Shown here: piece by piece, positions 40,323 through 51,478 of the stretch
Layout of the letters: the number at the start of each line of letters is the position of its first letter
How positions within the stretch are numbered: the first letter of the stretch is position 1
From: an uncultured Chitinophagales bacterium
GTDB taxonomy: Bacteria; Bacteroidota; Rhodothermia; Balneolales; HLUCCA01
DNA length: 64,000 nt
Direction of reading: 5' to 3'
Assembly: GCA_964550435.1 (NCBI GenBank)
Contig: CAZJZI010000005.1
Span: 10,713-74,712 of the forward strand
Made by a program: the position numbers and the translations under genes
The notes under the pieces: model-generated
Database searches by the model: none
The model's input: only the letters and a program-made list of their open reading frames with translations
What the model was told of the DNA's origin: nothing

Positions 40323-41132
40323 ATGAAATTAACCACTCTTGTATTATTTGCGGCTCTCATCCTGGGAGTGGTAAAAGACGCATCTGCCCAATCACCTCGC
40401 AATAAGGTTATTGAGTTTCTGGAACAAACAGGGATCGCTGAACAGCTCAATGATATACCGTATATCATTAACGAGCAGTTTGTGGCAGAGGAACAGCGAT
40501 TTCAACCAGAGATTCAGACTGAGATCAAGTCTCAACTGATGTCATCGTTTAATACTGAGCTGGTACGAGAAGATGCAATATCATTTGTATTGAATGACAT
40601 TGAGCAGGGCCATATTCAGGCTGTAATTGATTGGCTTAATACTCCTTTGACCATGAGAATGAATGAATTGGAAGTTCAGGCTACAACTCAGGAGAGTCAG
40701 GCAGATTTAGCTGCTTTTGTGGAAAAGGTTCAGGCTGGCGATATCGATCAAGCTCGGCTGGAAACTATTTTGGCCTTCGATGATTTGACCAGAACCACCA
40801 ATAGTACAGTAGAATATATTGCTGAACTCTACATGGCACTGGTTCAGGCGATGAATCCATACGTTTCGTCAGAGGATAAAATAAATCCTGATGACACCGA
40901 AGCCATGAAGACTATGATAATTCAAGAGGTCTATCCTCAGTACAAAGATGTAACAGTTATTCTCAATTTGTATACTTATAAAGAGGTATCTGATGAAGAC
41001 TTAAATGATTATATCGGATTCTACAAAACTCCAGCGGGAATCTGGTTTACAGAAGTATCATCAGGAATTTTTAAACACGTGCTAAATCAGGCAACTCTAC
41101 GCGTGCGCGAAGCTCAAAGCTTTAACGACTAA
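40323..41132 (+). CDS. Secreted hypothetical protein (weak DUF2059-like C-terminal motif)
   Basis: Signal peptide MKLTTLVLFAALILGVVKDASAQ; DEDLNDYIGFYKTPAGIWF resembles DUF2059. I prefer the ATG at 40323 over the GTG at 40302. Confidence 0.4.
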   Translation: MKLTTLVLFAALILGVVKDASAQSPRNKVIEFLEQTGIAEQLNDIPYIINEQFVAEEQRFQPEIQTEIKSQLMSSFNTELVREDAISFVLNDIEQGHIQAVIDWLNTPLTMRMNELEVQATTQESQADLAAFVEKVQAGDIDQARLETILAFDDLTRTTNSTVEYIAELYMALVQAMNPYVSSEDKINPDDTEAMKTMIIQEVYPQYKDVTVILNLYTYKEVSDEDLNDYIGFYKTPAGIWFTEVSSGIFKHVLNQATLRVREAQSFND

Positions 41133-41145
41133 TAGTATTATAGCA

Positions 41146-41910
41146 ATGATAATATCTTCCTACAATGTAAATGGAATAAGGGCGGCCGTTAAAAAGGGAT
41201 TTGTTAAGTGGGTTTTGGAAACAACTCCGGATGTTATTTGTTTACAAGAGCTAAAGGCCGATGAAACTCAGATTCCTGATGAAATAAAGGCAATGGGATA
41301 CTACGAAGTATATCATCCGGCCGAGAAAAAAGGATATTCAGGAGTTGGAATTTTATCAAAAATTGAGCCAGAGTTGGTCAAAATTGGTATGGGACTTGAC
41401 TGGGTTGACGCAGAGGGAAGAGTTGTTATGGCCAGAGTTAATGGAGTGGATATTTACTCTGTCTATGCTCCTAGCGGAACCTCCGGAGATGCCCGTCAAC
41501 AACTAAAATATGAGTTTTTAGATGCGTTTCATGCTTTTTCGCGTCCCTTGTTAGAGCGAGATCATCCAGTCGTTTTATGTGGTGATTACAACATTGCACA
41601 TAAAGAAATCGACATACATGACCCGGTTTCAAACAAAAAATCATCGGGATTTCTACCCGAGGAACGTGAATGGTTTACAAAATATCTCGAGTTAGGATTC
41701 AAGGACGTATTCAGAGAGTTGTATCCGGATTTGAAGGATATCTATAGCTGGTGGACTTATCGCGCTGGAGCCAAAGGCAATAACAAAGGCTGGAGGATCG
41801 ACTACCATTTAGCAAGTCCAACGCTGAGTTGTAAAGCTATCTCAGCAACTATTGAGCGTGAATTGAATATGTCGGATCATGTGCCGGTAACTATCAAATA
41901 TGATATTTGA
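41146..41910 (+). CDS. xth: Exodeoxyribonuclease III
   Basis: SYNVNGIRAA, CLQELK, GDYNIAH, SDHVPV. Confidence 0.9.
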   Translation: MIISSYNVNGIRAAVKKGFVKWVLETTPDVICLQELKADETQIPDEIKAMGYYEVYHPAEKKGYSGVGILSKIEPELVKIGMGLDWVDAEGRVVMARVNGVDIYSVYAPSGTSGDARQQLKYEFLDAFHAFSRPLLERDHPVVLCGDYNIAHKEIDIHDPVSNKKSSGFLPEEREWFTKYLELGFKDVFRELYPDLKDIYSWWTYRAGAKGNNKGWRIDYHLASPTLSCKAISATIERELNMSDHVPVTIKYDI

Positions 41911-41925
41911 TAGCGCTTATATAGC

Positions 41926-43980
41926 CTAGTTAGTGAATTCTTTTTTGAGCTTTTCTATCTGATCTCGAATTCTGGCTGCCTCTTCGAACTCCAGGTTTCT
42001 GGCTGCTTGCATCATAGACTCCTGAAGATAGTTCATAAACTCGTTTTTGTCGCTGAAAACGACTTCTTTCATAGCAGGATTAGCCTTGTAGTGAATTCCG
42101 TCGTCAGCAGCTTTAATGAGTTCTATGGATGTATCCCCATCTTCATACTGACGATCAAAATCCACTTTCTGATTGCTGATCAGAGATGGGTCCACCAGCG
42201 GTTTTAGTTCCTTGTAGACGGTTTGTGGAGATATACCGTGTTCCTCATTGTATTTAGCCTGAATATCTCTGCGACGATTGGTTTCATCAATTACATAACG
42301 CATGCTATCGGTAATTTTATCCGCGTAGAAAATCACGCTTCCAAATTGGTTTCTTGCAGCGCGACCCGCAATCTGCATTAGTGATGTTTTCGAACGCAAA
42401 AATCCTTCTTTATCCGCATCTAAAATGGCCACTAGTCCCAATTCTGGGATGTCAATTCCCTCTCGAAGCAGGTTTATTCCGACCAGTACATCAAAATCAC
42501 CTCTTCTGTATCTGAAAAGCACTTCGATACGCTGAATGGCATCGAGTTCGCTATGCATATAAGCGGCTTTGATTCCCAGATTTTTGAGGTATTCAGAGAG
42601 CTCTTCACTCATTCGTTTAGTAAGTGTTAGCACTAAGGTGCGCTCATTACGAACAATACGTTTTCGAATTTCGTGAATCAGGTCGTCAATTTGATTTTTT
42701 AAAGGACGAACCTCAATTTCAGGCTCCATGAGTCCGGTTGGACGAATAATTTGCTCAACAAATACACCTTCAGATTTCTCAAGTTCGTAATCGCTTGGTG
42801 TGGCACTTACAAAAATGCACTTCTTGACCATACTTTCCCATTCTTCGAAGGTCAACGGTCGGTTGTCGAGAGCAGAAGGTAGTCGGAATCCGTGTTCAAC
42901 AAGTGATACTTTTCTGGATCGATCGCCTCCGTACATGGCACCAATCTGTGGAATTGACTGATGACTTTCATCGACCACCAAAAGGAAGTCATCCGGGAAG
43001 TAATCAATCAGACAATAGGGGCGTTCGCCTGGCTTTCTTCCAGCCAAATAGCGAGAGTAATTCTCGATTCCGGCACAATACCCGATTTCCTGAATCATTT
43101 CAATATCAAACAAAGTGCGTTGCTCCAGGCGATGAGCCTCCAGGAATTTTTCTTCATTGCGAAGGACTTCAGTACGCCACACAAGCTCATCCCGAATATG
43201 GTTTATCGCTTCAGCCAGACGATCTTTACTGGTTACATAATGAGAAGCTGGATAAATCACATATTGATTTACTTTCTCAATTTCTTTACCTGTGTCAGGA
43301 TCAAAAAGAGCCATACTTTCAATCTCATCACCCCAAAAAGTGATTCTTAGTGCCTGATCGGAATATGCCGGGAAAACATCGATAACATCTCCACGAACAC
43401 GAAATACAGCCCGACGAAATTCTATGTCATTTCTTGAATAATGAAGATCCACTAAGTCATATAAAAGCTTATTTCTTGAAATTTCCCGACCCACTTTCAG
43501 GTGGATAATCAGTTTTTCATATTCACTTGGGGATCCAATACCATAGATGCAGCTAATAGATGAAACTATGATTACATCTGTTCGGCCAGACAGCAGGCTA
43601 CTTGTTGAACGCAGGCGAAGTCGTTGGATCTCATCGTTGATAGAGAGATCTTTTTCGATGTATTTGTCTTGTGATACCAAATACGCTTCTGGCTGGTAGT
43701 AATCGTAATATGAAATAAAAAACTCGACCGAATTCTCTGGGAAAAAGTCGCTTAACTCCCGATATAACTGTGCTGCAAGGGTCTTGTTGTGGCTCATTAC
43801 CAGTGTTGGTCGGCCATACTTTTCAATTACAGAAGCAATAGTTCTGGTCTTTCCCGACCCGGTAATACCAAGCAATGTTTGAAACTGATCGCCTCGCAAT
43901 AACCCTGAATACAAATCTTCGATGGCTTTTGGTTGGTCCCCGGCTGGAGAAAATTGTGAAACTAATTTGAAATCGGACAT
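41926..43980 (-). CDS. uvrB: Excinuclease ABC subunit B
   Basis: GITGSGKT Walker A, DESH box, beta-hairpin region, C-terminal UVR domain (EFEEAARIRDQI). Confidence 0.97.
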   Translation of the reverse strand: MSDFKLVSQFSPAGDQPKAIEDLYSGLLRGDQFQTLLGITGSGKTRTIASVIEKYGRPTLVMSHNKTLAAQLYRELSDFFPENSVEFFISYYDYYQPEAYLVSQDKYIEKDLSINDEIQRLRLRSTSSLLSGRTDVIIVSSISCIYGIGSPSEYEKLIIHLKVGREISRNKLLYDLVDLHYSRNDIEFRRAVFRVRGDVIDVFPAYSDQALRITFWGDEIESMALFDPDTGKEIEKVNQYVIYPASHYVTSKDRLAEAINHIRDELVWRTEVLRNEEKFLEAHRLEQRTLFDIEMIQEIGYCAGIENYSRYLAGRKPGERPYCLIDYFPDDFLLVVDESHQSIPQIGAMYGGDRSRKVSLVEHGFRLPSALDNRPLTFEEWESMVKKCIFVSATPSDYELEKSEGVFVEQIIRPTGLMEPEIEVRPLKNQIDDLIHEIRKRIVRNERTLVLTLTKRMSEELSEYLKNLGIKAAYMHSELDAIQRIEVLFRYRRGDFDVLVGINLLREGIDIPELGLVAILDADKEGFLRSKTSLMQIAGRAARNQFGSVIFYADKITDSMRYVIDETNRRRDIQAKYNEEHGISPQTVYKELKPLVDPSLISNQKVDFDRQYEDGDTSIELIKAADDGIHYKANPAMKEVVFSDKNEFMNYLQESMMQAARNLEFEEAARIRDQIEKLKKEFTN

Positions 43981-44132
43981 TCTAAACGTATTTCCGTTTG
44001 AAAGTGTATTGATTTATTTACGAAATTGCAGTCCCAGGTAAATCATGCACAAAGGGATGCACAATTTGGGTTAACCAGACAATATAACCATTCCGGGGAT
44101 GTCAATCTTATAACAACTTAGGTAAAACAATC

Positions 44133-45260
44133 ATGCCCACGTCATCTTTAAATGAACATCGAAAACGAATTGATGAAATCGATGAGCAGATACTAGATTT
44201 GCTAAAAGAACGAGCCGAAGTGGTTAAGGGAGTTCTTTTGACAAAGATTCAGAACAAACTACCGATTTATGTAGCCGGCAGGGAAGATCTGAAGATTCAA
44301 TCTTTTCGGGAAATGAGCGTTAAAAGGGGGCTGGATCCGGATTGGGCTGAAGATTTTCTACGTATGATCATGAGTTCAAGTAGAGCAAGTCAGTCATCAA
44401 GCGAGTTTCCATGTGCAACGACTCAACCCAAAACAATACTTATTCTTGGTGGTCGGGGAGGAATGGGAAAACAGTATGCAACACTGTTTTCTGCAAGCGG
44501 GCATCAGGTTAGAATTCTGGATAAAAATGACTGGAATAAAGCGACTGAGTTATTTGATGGTGTTGATTTGGTTATAGTCTCTGTACCTATAAACATCACA
44601 GAACGAATTATCGAACAATCTATCAAATACCTTCCTGAAGGAGCCATTCTCGCTGATTTTACCAGTAATAAGGAAGGTCCGCTTAGTTCGATGTTGCATA
44701 ACTATGGCGGTCCGGTTGTTGGACTTCACCCGATGCACGGTCCGGATATGTCGAATCTATCGAAACAGTTAATGATAACATGTCATGGACGTGACGAAGA
44801 CAGCTACACCTGGGTGATAAATCAATTTCAACTGTGGGGAATGCGCGTATTGGCAGTAGATCCAAAACAACACGACAAAGTAATGAATCTGGTACAGGGA
44901 TTGCGACACTTTGTAGCTTTACTACATGGTTCTTTCATGAAAACAACAGAGCTTAAACCTGAGCAGATACTTCACTTTTCTTCTCCGATCTATCGAGCTG
45001 AGCTCATGATGACCGGGCGAATCTTTGCACAGGATGCAGAACTGTATGCTGATATTGTTTTTGCAAATGAAGAGCGTAGAAAGATTCTCATTGATTTCTT
45101 GCAACACCATGAGCGACTTGCAGATATGGTTAGAATTGGAGATAAACAAGCGTTTATAAAAGAGTTTGAATCCATTACTGAATTCTTTGGTGATTTCGCA
45201 GAAACCGCGTTGAACGAAAGCGGGTATCTGATAAATCGTCTTGCGGACCGGTTTTCGTAA
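44133..45260 (+). CDS. tyrA: Bifunctional chorismate mutase / prephenate dehydrogenase (T-protein)
   Basis: N-terminal chorismate mutase helix RKRIDEIDEQILDLLKERAEVV. Rossmann region ILGGRGGMGKQYATLFSASGHQVRILDKNDW is collinear with E. coli TyrA. Confidence 0.9.
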   Translation: MPTSSLNEHRKRIDEIDEQILDLLKERAEVVKGVLLTKIQNKLPIYVAGREDLKIQSFREMSVKRGLDPDWAEDFLRMIMSSSRASQSSSEFPCATTQPKTILILGGRGGMGKQYATLFSASGHQVRILDKNDWNKATELFDGVDLVIVSVPINITERIIEQSIKYLPEGAILADFTSNKEGPLSSMLHNYGGPVVGLHPMHGPDMSNLSKQLMITCHGRDEDSYTWVINQFQLWGMRVLAVDPKQHDKVMNLVQGLRHFVALLHGSFMKTTELKPEQILHFSSPIYRAELMMTGRIFAQDAELYADIVFANEERRKILIDFLQHHERLADMVRIGDKQAFIKEFESITEFFGDFAETALNESGYLINRLADRFS

Positions 45261-45328
45261 ATCTTCGTATATTTGAGATCTGACTAATTATGCAGTTTCA
45301 GTCTGCGCCATTATTTAAGGAATAGGGA

Positions 45329-48300
45329 ATGAACATAGAGAGCCATCCGATAGCACGGGAACTAAACAAGCGTATTCTGATCATAGATGGAGCCATGGGC
45401 ACGATGATCCAGACGTATAAATTGACCGAAGCTGACTATCGGGGAGATCGTTTTAAGGATAGCCCATTCGATTTGAAAGGTAACAACGACCTGTTGAGTT
45501 TAACTCAGCCCCAGATCATTGAAAAGATTCATGAATCGTTTTTATTAAATGGTGCCGATATCCTAGAAACAAATACGTTTAATGCGAATCCGATATCATT
45601 AGCTGATTATCATCAGGAAAGCCTCACATATGAGTTAAATTTCGAGTCTGCGCGGTTGGCGCGTCGTGTGGCGCAGAAGGTGACGCAGATGGATGTAACG
45701 CGGCCCAGGTACGTTGCCGGGGCCATGGGTCCAACGAATAGGACGTTATCATTATCGCCGGATGTGAACGACCCGGCATATCGAGCGGTCGATTTTGATC
45801 AGGTAGTAGATGCGTACAAAGAGCAGATCCGCGGTCTGATAGATGGTGGAGTTGATCTTTTACTTGTAGAGACTGTTTTTGACACGCTTAACTGTAAAGC
45901 TGCCCTGTTTGCAGTTCAGCAGTATTTCGATGAGACTGGAAATATTGTTCCTGTTATGGTATCTGGTACTATTGTTGATGCCAGTGGAAGGACTTTGTCA
46001 GGTCAAACAACAGAATCGTTCTGGATATCGGTGTCGCATATGCCGTATTTATTGAGCATTGGGCTAAACTGTGCTTTGGGATCACGCCAGATGCGTCCAT
46101 TTATTCAAGAATTGTCTCGCGTTGCTACATGTCGTGTGAGCCTGTATCCAAATGCCGGACTACCTAATGAGTTTGGGGGTTATGATGAGAGTCCGGACTA
46201 CATGGCTGAACAGATACGGGACTATGCGCGGTCTGGATTTTTGAATATAGTTGGAGGGTGTTGTGGCACCAGGCCTGAGCATATCCAGGCTATAGCTAAA
46301 AGTGTAGAAGGGATGGCTCCACGTGAGATTCCGAGTCGTGAACCCTATCTGCAACTGAGTGGACTCGAGCCTTTGGTGATTCGTCCAGAGACAAACTTTG
46401 TGAATATAGGTGAGCGTACCAATGTAACAGGATCGAAAGTATTTGCTAATTATATACTGAACAATGACTTTGATAACGCATTGCGTGTTGCCAAGCAGCA
46501 AGTTGAAAATGGTGCACAGATCATTGACATCAACATGGACGAGGGAATGCTTGACTCCAAGGCTGCTATGTCTCGCTTTTTGAATCTACTTGCATCTGAG
46601 CCGGATATTTCCCGTGTTCCATTTATGATTGACTCTTCGAAATGGGAAGTGTTGGAAGCCGGGTTGAAATGCATTCAGGGCAAAGCGATTGTAAACTCTA
46701 TTTCTCTCAAGGAAGGGGAAGTCAGATTCATTGAACAGGCTAAACTGGTAAGGCGTTATGGTGCTGCTGTAATTGTTATGGCGTTTGATGAACAGGGTCA
46801 GGCAGACAGTCTGGAGCGCCGGATTGAAATTTGTTCTCGGGCCTACAACATCTTGACTCAAACGGTTGGATTCCCGCCACAGGACATAATTTTTGATCCA
46901 AATATACTTACTGTTGCAACCGGTATCGAAGAGCACAACAACTACGCCGTAGATTTCATTGAAGCAACACGATGGATCAAAGAAAATCTGCCACTTGCCA
47001 AGGTCAGTGGTGGCGTTAGTAATATTTCATTTTCCTTCAGGGGTAATAATGTTGTGCGTGAGGCCATGCACACAGCATTTCTTTATCATGCCATCAAAGC
47101 CGGTCTGGATATGGGAATCGTTAATGCCGGGCAAATAGAAGTATACGACGAAATTGAGCCAGTACTTAAAGATTTAGTAGAGGATGTGTTGCTGAATAGA
47201 CGACCGGATGCCACTGAACGCCTCATCGAACATGCTGAGTCGGTAAAATCGACCGGTAAACAAGAAGTACGAGTTGACCAATGGAGAAGCCTTCCTGTAA
47301 ATGAACGCCTGTCACATGCATTGGTAAAAGGTATTGTCGATTACATTGATGAAGACACCGAAGAAGCCAGACTGCAGGCGGATAGTCCACTAAATGTGAT
47401 TGAAGGCCCTCTAATGGATGGTATGAACGTGGTTGGAGATCTGTTTGGCGCCGGAAAGATGTTCCTACCTCAGGTCGTGAAAAGTGCCCGAGTGATGAAA
47501 AAAGCGGTGGCTTATCTGATTCCGTACATAGAGGCAGAAAAATTATTGGCGGAAGATACTCGTCCACGTGCTAAAGTGTTGTTGGCAACAGTGAAAGGAG
47601 ATGTCCATGACATCGGGAAGAACATTGTCTCTGTAGTATTGGCGTGTAATAATTATGAGGTCATTGATCTCGGCGTGATGGTGCCCAAGGAGAAAATTCT
47701 GGACGCTGCTGTTGAACATGGAGTTGATGTTGTAGGACTGAGTGGTCTAATAACCCCATCTCTTGACGAAATGGTCGATATTGCCACCGAAATGGAACGT
47801 CGTGGAATGAAACTTCCACTCTTGATTGGCGGGGCGACAACGTCAAGGGTCCACACAGCTGTCAAGATAGCACCTGAATATAGCGGACCAACCATTCACG
47901 TATTGGATGCATCCCGAAGTGTCCCCATTGTCAGTAAGCTGGTCTCAGACGATGCTGCAGAAGCATTTAAAGTGGAAATCAAAGCGGAGTATAATGAGGT
48001 ACGGGAGCAATACGGTCGCCGCAAACAGGTTAAGCAGCAGTTGTCTCTTAAGCAGGCACGTGAGAACAAATATGCCATTGACTGGTCTGGGTATAAACCG
48101 CCCAAACCAAACAAACCAGGCGTACATGTTATCAACGATATACCGTTGGCGGTTTTGAGGCCATATATCGACTGGACCCCTTTTTTCATCACCTGGCAGC
48201 TGACGGGTAAGTATCCGGCAATTTTAGAAGACGATGTAGTAGGATCTGAAGCACGTAAACTTTTCGACGATGCTAACAGTATGCTGGATAAGATTATCCG

Positions 48301-49081
48301 TGATGGTTCACTAAAAGCACAGGCTGCCTATGGTCTTTTTCCTGCCAACTCGAATGGTGATGACATACTTGTTTATTCAAACGAACAACGAAATGTCGTT
48401 GAACATACGCTCCACATGCTTCGCCAGCAAACTGTGAAACGTGCTGGACAGCCAAACAAATCAATTGCCGACTATGTTGCTCCCGTTGAGACAGGACTTG
48501 AAGACTATATTGGAGCATTTGTTGTCACTGCTGGTGTTGGAATTGAAAAAATACTTGAGAAGTTTCAAAAAGACCATGACGATTACTCATCAATTATGGT
48601 GAAAGCGTTGGCAGATCGGCTTGCTGAAGCATTTGCCGAATATCTGCATGAACAAGTTCGAACGCTGCACTGGGGATATGCTGCAGACGAAAAACTTTCC
48701 AATGAAGAGTTGATTCGTGAAGCCTACAAGGGCATTCGTCCGGCACCAGGTTATCCGGCAAATCCGGACCATACCGAGAAACCGACACTATTCAGGTTAT
48801 TAGATGCTACTAATAATACAGGAGTAACACTAACTGAAAACTTTGCTATGTCTCCAGCAGCCTCCGTTTGCGGGTGGTATTTTAGTCATCCGGAATCTGA
48901 ATATTTTAGACTTGGAGAAATTGGAAAAGATCAAGTTATCGATTACCATATCCGTAAGGGTATGACGATGAAGGAAATCGAGAAATGGTTGTCTCCAATA
49001 TTGGGTTACGATGGTACGGCCGCGAATCCAAAGCCCGAAATAAAATGCGATTGTGGGATTTCGCATCCCATAATATCGTAG
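45329..49081 (+). CDS. metH: Cobalamin-dependent methionine synthase
   Basis: 1250 aa with Hcy-binding (GGCCGT), pterin-binding, B12-binding (DVHDIGKN) and AdoMet activation domains in canonical order. Confidence 0.97.
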   Translation: MNIESHPIARELNKRILIIDGAMGTMIQTYKLTEADYRGDRFKDSPFDLKGNNDLLSLTQPQIIEKIHESFLLNGADILETNTFNANPISLADYHQESLTYELNFESARLARRVAQKVTQMDVTRPRYVAGAMGPTNRTLSLSPDVNDPAYRAVDFDQVVDAYKEQIRGLIDGGVDLLLVETVFDTLNCKAALFAVQQYFDETGNIVPVMVSGTIVDASGRTLSGQTTESFWISVSHMPYLLSIGLNCALGSRQMRPFIQELSRVATCRVSLYPNAGLPNEFGGYDESPDYMAEQIRDYARSGFLNIVGGCCGTRPEHIQAIAKSVEGMAPREIPSREPYLQLSGLEPLVIRPETNFVNIGERTNVTGSKVFANYILNNDFDNALRVAKQQVENGAQIIDINMDEGMLDSKAAMSRFLNLLASEPDISRVPFMIDSSKWEVLEAGLKCIQGKAIVNSISLKEGEVRFIEQAKLVRRYGAAVIVMAFDEQGQADSLERRIEICSRAYNILTQTVGFPPQDIIFDPNILTVATGIEEHNNYAVDFIEATRWIKENLPLAKVSGGVSNISFSFRGNNVVREAMHTAFLYHAIKAGLDMGIVNAGQIEVYDEIEPVLKDLVEDVLLNRRPDATERLIEHAESVKSTGKQEVRVDQWRSLPVNERLSHALVKGIVDYIDEDTEEARLQADSPLNVIEGPLMDGMNVVGDLFGAGKMFLPQVVKSARVMKKAVAYLIPYIEAEKLLAEDTRPRAKVLLATVKGDVHDIGKNIVSVVLACNNYEVIDLGVMVPKEKILDAAVEHGVDVVGLSGLITPSLDEMVDIATEMERRGMKLPLLIGGATTSRVHTAVKIAPEYSGPTIHVLDASRSVPIVSKLVSDDAAEAFKVEIKAEYNEVREQYGRRKQVKQQLSLKQARENKYAIDWSGYKPPKPNKPGVHVINDIPLAVLRPYIDWTPFFITWQLTGKYPAILEDDVVGSEARKLFDDANSMLDKIIRDGSLKAQAAYGLFPANSNGDDILVYSNEQRNVVEHTLHMLRQQTVKRAGQPNKSIADYVAPVETGLEDYIGAFVVTAGVGIEKILEKFQKDHDDYSSIMVKALADRLAEAFAEYLHEQVRTLHWGYAADEKLSNEELIREAYKGIRPAPGYPANPDHTEKPTLFRLLDATNNTGVTLTENFAMSPAASVCGWYFSHPESEYFRLGEIGKDQVIDYHIRKGMTMKEIEKWLSPILGYDGTAANPKPEIKCDCGISHPIIS

Positions 49082-49204
49082 AACTTTCTGTTGTTGATTT
49101 CGAAAAAATATATATCTTGGCGGCGTTGAGGGATCGATTTCGTCAGGTAGTCTGGTTATGTCTTTTGTACGATCAGTTATTTAAAACTTTAAACAGGATC
49201 AAGT

Positions 49205-49588
49205 ATGACATTTACCGAAATTTCGCATGACATCAAGATTAGTGTTCAGCCGATTTACGTGGAAAGAGAGTCAGATCCTACTAATGGGCGCTTCGTTTAC
49301 GCCTATTTTGTAACCATCGAGAATCTGGGATCCGAGACGGTTCAACTGACGCACAGACAATGGTACATTCACGATTCCAATGGCGAGTCGCATGAAGTGT
49401 ATGGCGAAGGCGTCGTTGGTCGACAACCCGTAATCGCGTCTGGTGAAGTATACAACTACAACAGTTTTTGTGTACTTAAGTCCTTTGAGGGAACGATGGA
49501 GGGATTCTATGAAATGCTTAAAGAAGATGGTCACAAGCTGAAAGTAACCATACCAACGTTTATCCTTCGGTCTCACTTGATGAACTAG
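49205..49588 (+). CDS. apaG: ApaG (DUF525) protein
   Basis: FVYAYFVTIENLGSETVQLTHRQWYIHDSNGE and GEGVVGRQP motifs. Confidence 0.85.
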   Translation: MTFTEISHDIKISVQPIYVERESDPTNGRFVYAYFVTIENLGSETVQLTHRQWYIHDSNGESHEVYGEGVVGRQPVIASGEVYNYNSFCVLKSFEGTMEGFYEMLKEDGHKLKVTIPTFILRSHLMN

Positions 49589-49592
49589 ATTG

Positions 49593-49619
49593 AAAAAGCC
49601 GGTTAAACCCCGGCTTTTT
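49593..49619 (+). terminator. Intrinsic terminator after apaG
   Basis: AGCCGG / CCGGCT stem (49597-49602 / 49610-49615) followed by T5. Confidence 0.6.
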
Positions 49620-49647
49620 CATTTTTACGAAATCAAAATAAGCAAGT

Positions 49648-49684
49648 AAAAAAAAGGACTATACCGGTCAGATATAGTCCTTTT
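49648..49684 (-). terminator. Intrinsic terminator after gpx
   Basis: GGACTATA (49656-49663) / TATAGTCC (49673-49680) 8-bp stem. On the minus strand it is followed by a T8 run. Confidence 0.65.
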
Positions 49685-49721
49685 AGTGGATGGTGATGGG
49701 ATATATATACTCGCTTAACTC

Positions 49722-50273
49722 TTACTTTGTTAGAATCGTTTCAATCGACTGCAATATTTCGTTGCTCATTGGGCTTGTACGACTTCTGAAGCGACGAACT
49801 AATTTTCCATCTTTGTCGATCAAGAATTTTTCGAAGTTCCAATTGATGTCACCGGTAAAATCTTCGTTTGGCTGGGCTGTCAGGTAGGCGAAAAGCGGAT
49901 CCTGGTCAGCACCTTTTACAGAAACTTTAGAAAACATCGGAAAAGTTACACCGTAGTTGGCTTCGCAAAACTGAGCGATTTCTTCGTTGGTGCCGGGCTC
50001 TTGCCCGTTGAAATTATTCGCAGGAAAGCCAAGAATTACAAAATCCTTACCTTCGTATTTTTCATAAAGAGCCTGTAGGTCTTTGTACTGTGGTGTAAAT
50101 CCGCATTTAGAAGCTGTGTTTACAATGAGAACTGCTTTACCTTTGTAGGCCTCGAGATTTACTTCTTTACCTTTAATATCTTTCTTTACGAAGTCATGCA
50201 GGTTATCGGGATCGGTTGTAAATGAAGTTGTCATGAATGCTGCGGCGAATATTAGTGTTAGAATGATTTTCAT
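49722..50273 (-). CDS. Glutathione peroxidase (Cys type), with signal peptide
   Basis: NTASKCGFTPQY active-site motif (TGC Cys codon), FPANNF, WNFEKFL. Confidence 0.9.
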   Translation of the reverse strand: MKIILTLIFAAAFMTTSFTTDPDNLHDFVKKDIKGKEVNLEAYKGKAVLIVNTASKCGFTPQYKDLQALYEKYEGKDFVILGFPANNFNGQEPGTNEEIAQFCEANYGVTFPMFSKVSVKGADQDPLFAYLTAQPNEDFTGDINWNFEKFLIDKDGKLVRRFRSRTSPMSNEILQSIETILTK

Positions 50274-50335
50274 ATCTTTGTTATTGACTTAAGGTGATAC
50301 TGTAAAAAGGCAAAATTAACCCAAAAAGTTCCATT

Positions 50336-51091
50336 GTGAAAAGACTCCTACTTATTTTTACCCTAAGTTTTACAACGACTTACTTTTTCTCGCCTGATAT
50401 AGCCCAGGCCCAAATGTTTTCTGTCCAACCAGACAGACAAGTAACTAACTATACACCAGGTATTGCAATCACGGCTGGATACAGTGCTATGAGTTTCGAC
50501 TATCGAGGTCCAAATTTTAGTACCATCATCCCTGGACCAGAGCAAATCGGATCAACATTCCAATTCACTGACCCTCTGTTTCAGGTAGGTGTTGAAATGC
50601 TGGGATTTAGCGCATATGCACTATTTGGCAGAAATTTAGGGGAATTCAGCAATGCATATAGCCAGATTGGTGCCAGTATTGGGAATCAGGTTCCTTTGAT
50701 TCGCTCTTCAGCTTTTCGCCTTGGGGTACCTATCAGATTGGCGACCGATTATATCATCGTGAAAAATAACACTCTTTTAACCTCACAAGAGTTTAAGCAA
50801 AACACGTTTGGAATTCATAGTGGTCTAGATTTTGCAGTTAGACTTGCATCCAGACTACGATTCGAAGCTTCAGGCTTGGCTGGATATTCCTATTCGGTAT
50901 CTGGATTTGGGAATTCGGGTGGTACCGCAGTAGATTTGGTATTGAAAAACAGGCTATATTTTGATAATCTACTCAGACAATACGGCGTAGTGGTTGGATT
51001 TGACCTAAATTCAAGAAAATATTCTTTAGACGATAATAGATACGATCACCTTGCACTTCAGCAAATGGTCACTATTGGAGTAACTTTCTGA
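50336..51091 (+). CDS. Hypothetical outer-membrane beta-barrel-like protein (GTG start)
   Basis: Signal peptide (M)KRLLLIFTLSF...AQAQ, alternating-strand composition, C-terminal ...IGVTF. Confidence 0.35.
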   Translation: MKRLLLIFTLSFTTTYFFSPDIAQAQMFSVQPDRQVTNYTPGIAITAGYSAMSFDYRGPNFSTIIPGPEQIGSTFQFTDPLFQVGVEMLGFSAYALFGRNLGEFSNAYSQIGASIGNQVPLIRSSAFRLGVPIRLATDYIIVKNNTLLTSQEFKQNTFGIHSGLDFAVRLASRLRFEASGLAGYSYSVSGFGNSGGTAVDLVLKNRLYFDNLLRQYGVVVGFDLNSRKYSLDDNRYDHLALQQMVTIGVTF

Positions 51092-51387
51092 TGAAACCGG
51101 ATAAACTCATCTTAGAACTTGAGGAAGTCGTTTCCAGACTTGGATTTAAGGTGCGAAAAGAAAAGGGTAATTTTCGGGGAAGCAATTGTGTTTTGGCCGG
51201 AGAGAGAATCATAATGCTGAACAAAAATACTCCGGTTGAAATGCATATCGGAACATTGGCAAAATTCATACTGTCTCAAAAGCACGATGAACTATATTTG
51301 AAACCGGTAGTTCGTAAAGAACTTGAAATGATTTGGGAGAAACTAGAGATGACCTCCGAACCGGAGTTTAATTTTGATGGGAACTGA
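51091..51387 (+). CDS. Hypothetical 98-aa protein
   Basis: The ORF start overlaps the previous stop (TGATG). I recognise no family. Confidence 0.3.
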   Translation: MKPDKLILELEEVVSRLGFKVRKEKGNFRGSNCVLAGERIIMLNKNTPVEMHIGTLAKFILSQKHDELYLKPVVRKELEMIWEKLEMTSEPEFNFDGN

Positions 51388-51478
51388 AATACCTGCAAAT
51401 CACCAGTTCAAAGAAATTCTTGAGCAATCTGGTGATCAACCATTACCACAGTCGCTTTATCATGAACCCAAAAGTGGC

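Noticed and set aside
42903-43350. Two overlapping + strand ORFs (146 and 129 aa) inside uvrB
   Set aside because: They are antisense to a well-supported uvrB and overlap each other in two frames. No recognisable domains; treated as shadow ORFs.
46160-48788. Numerous 60-116 aa minus-strand ORFs across metH
   Set aside because: metH is intact and collinear over 1250 aa. The antisense ORFs are short, overlapping and compositionally odd.
49722-50273. Possible selenocysteine recoding in glutathione peroxidase
   Set aside because: The active-site codon is TGC (Cys) in …NTASKCGFTPQY…. There is no in-frame TGA and no need for a SECIS element.
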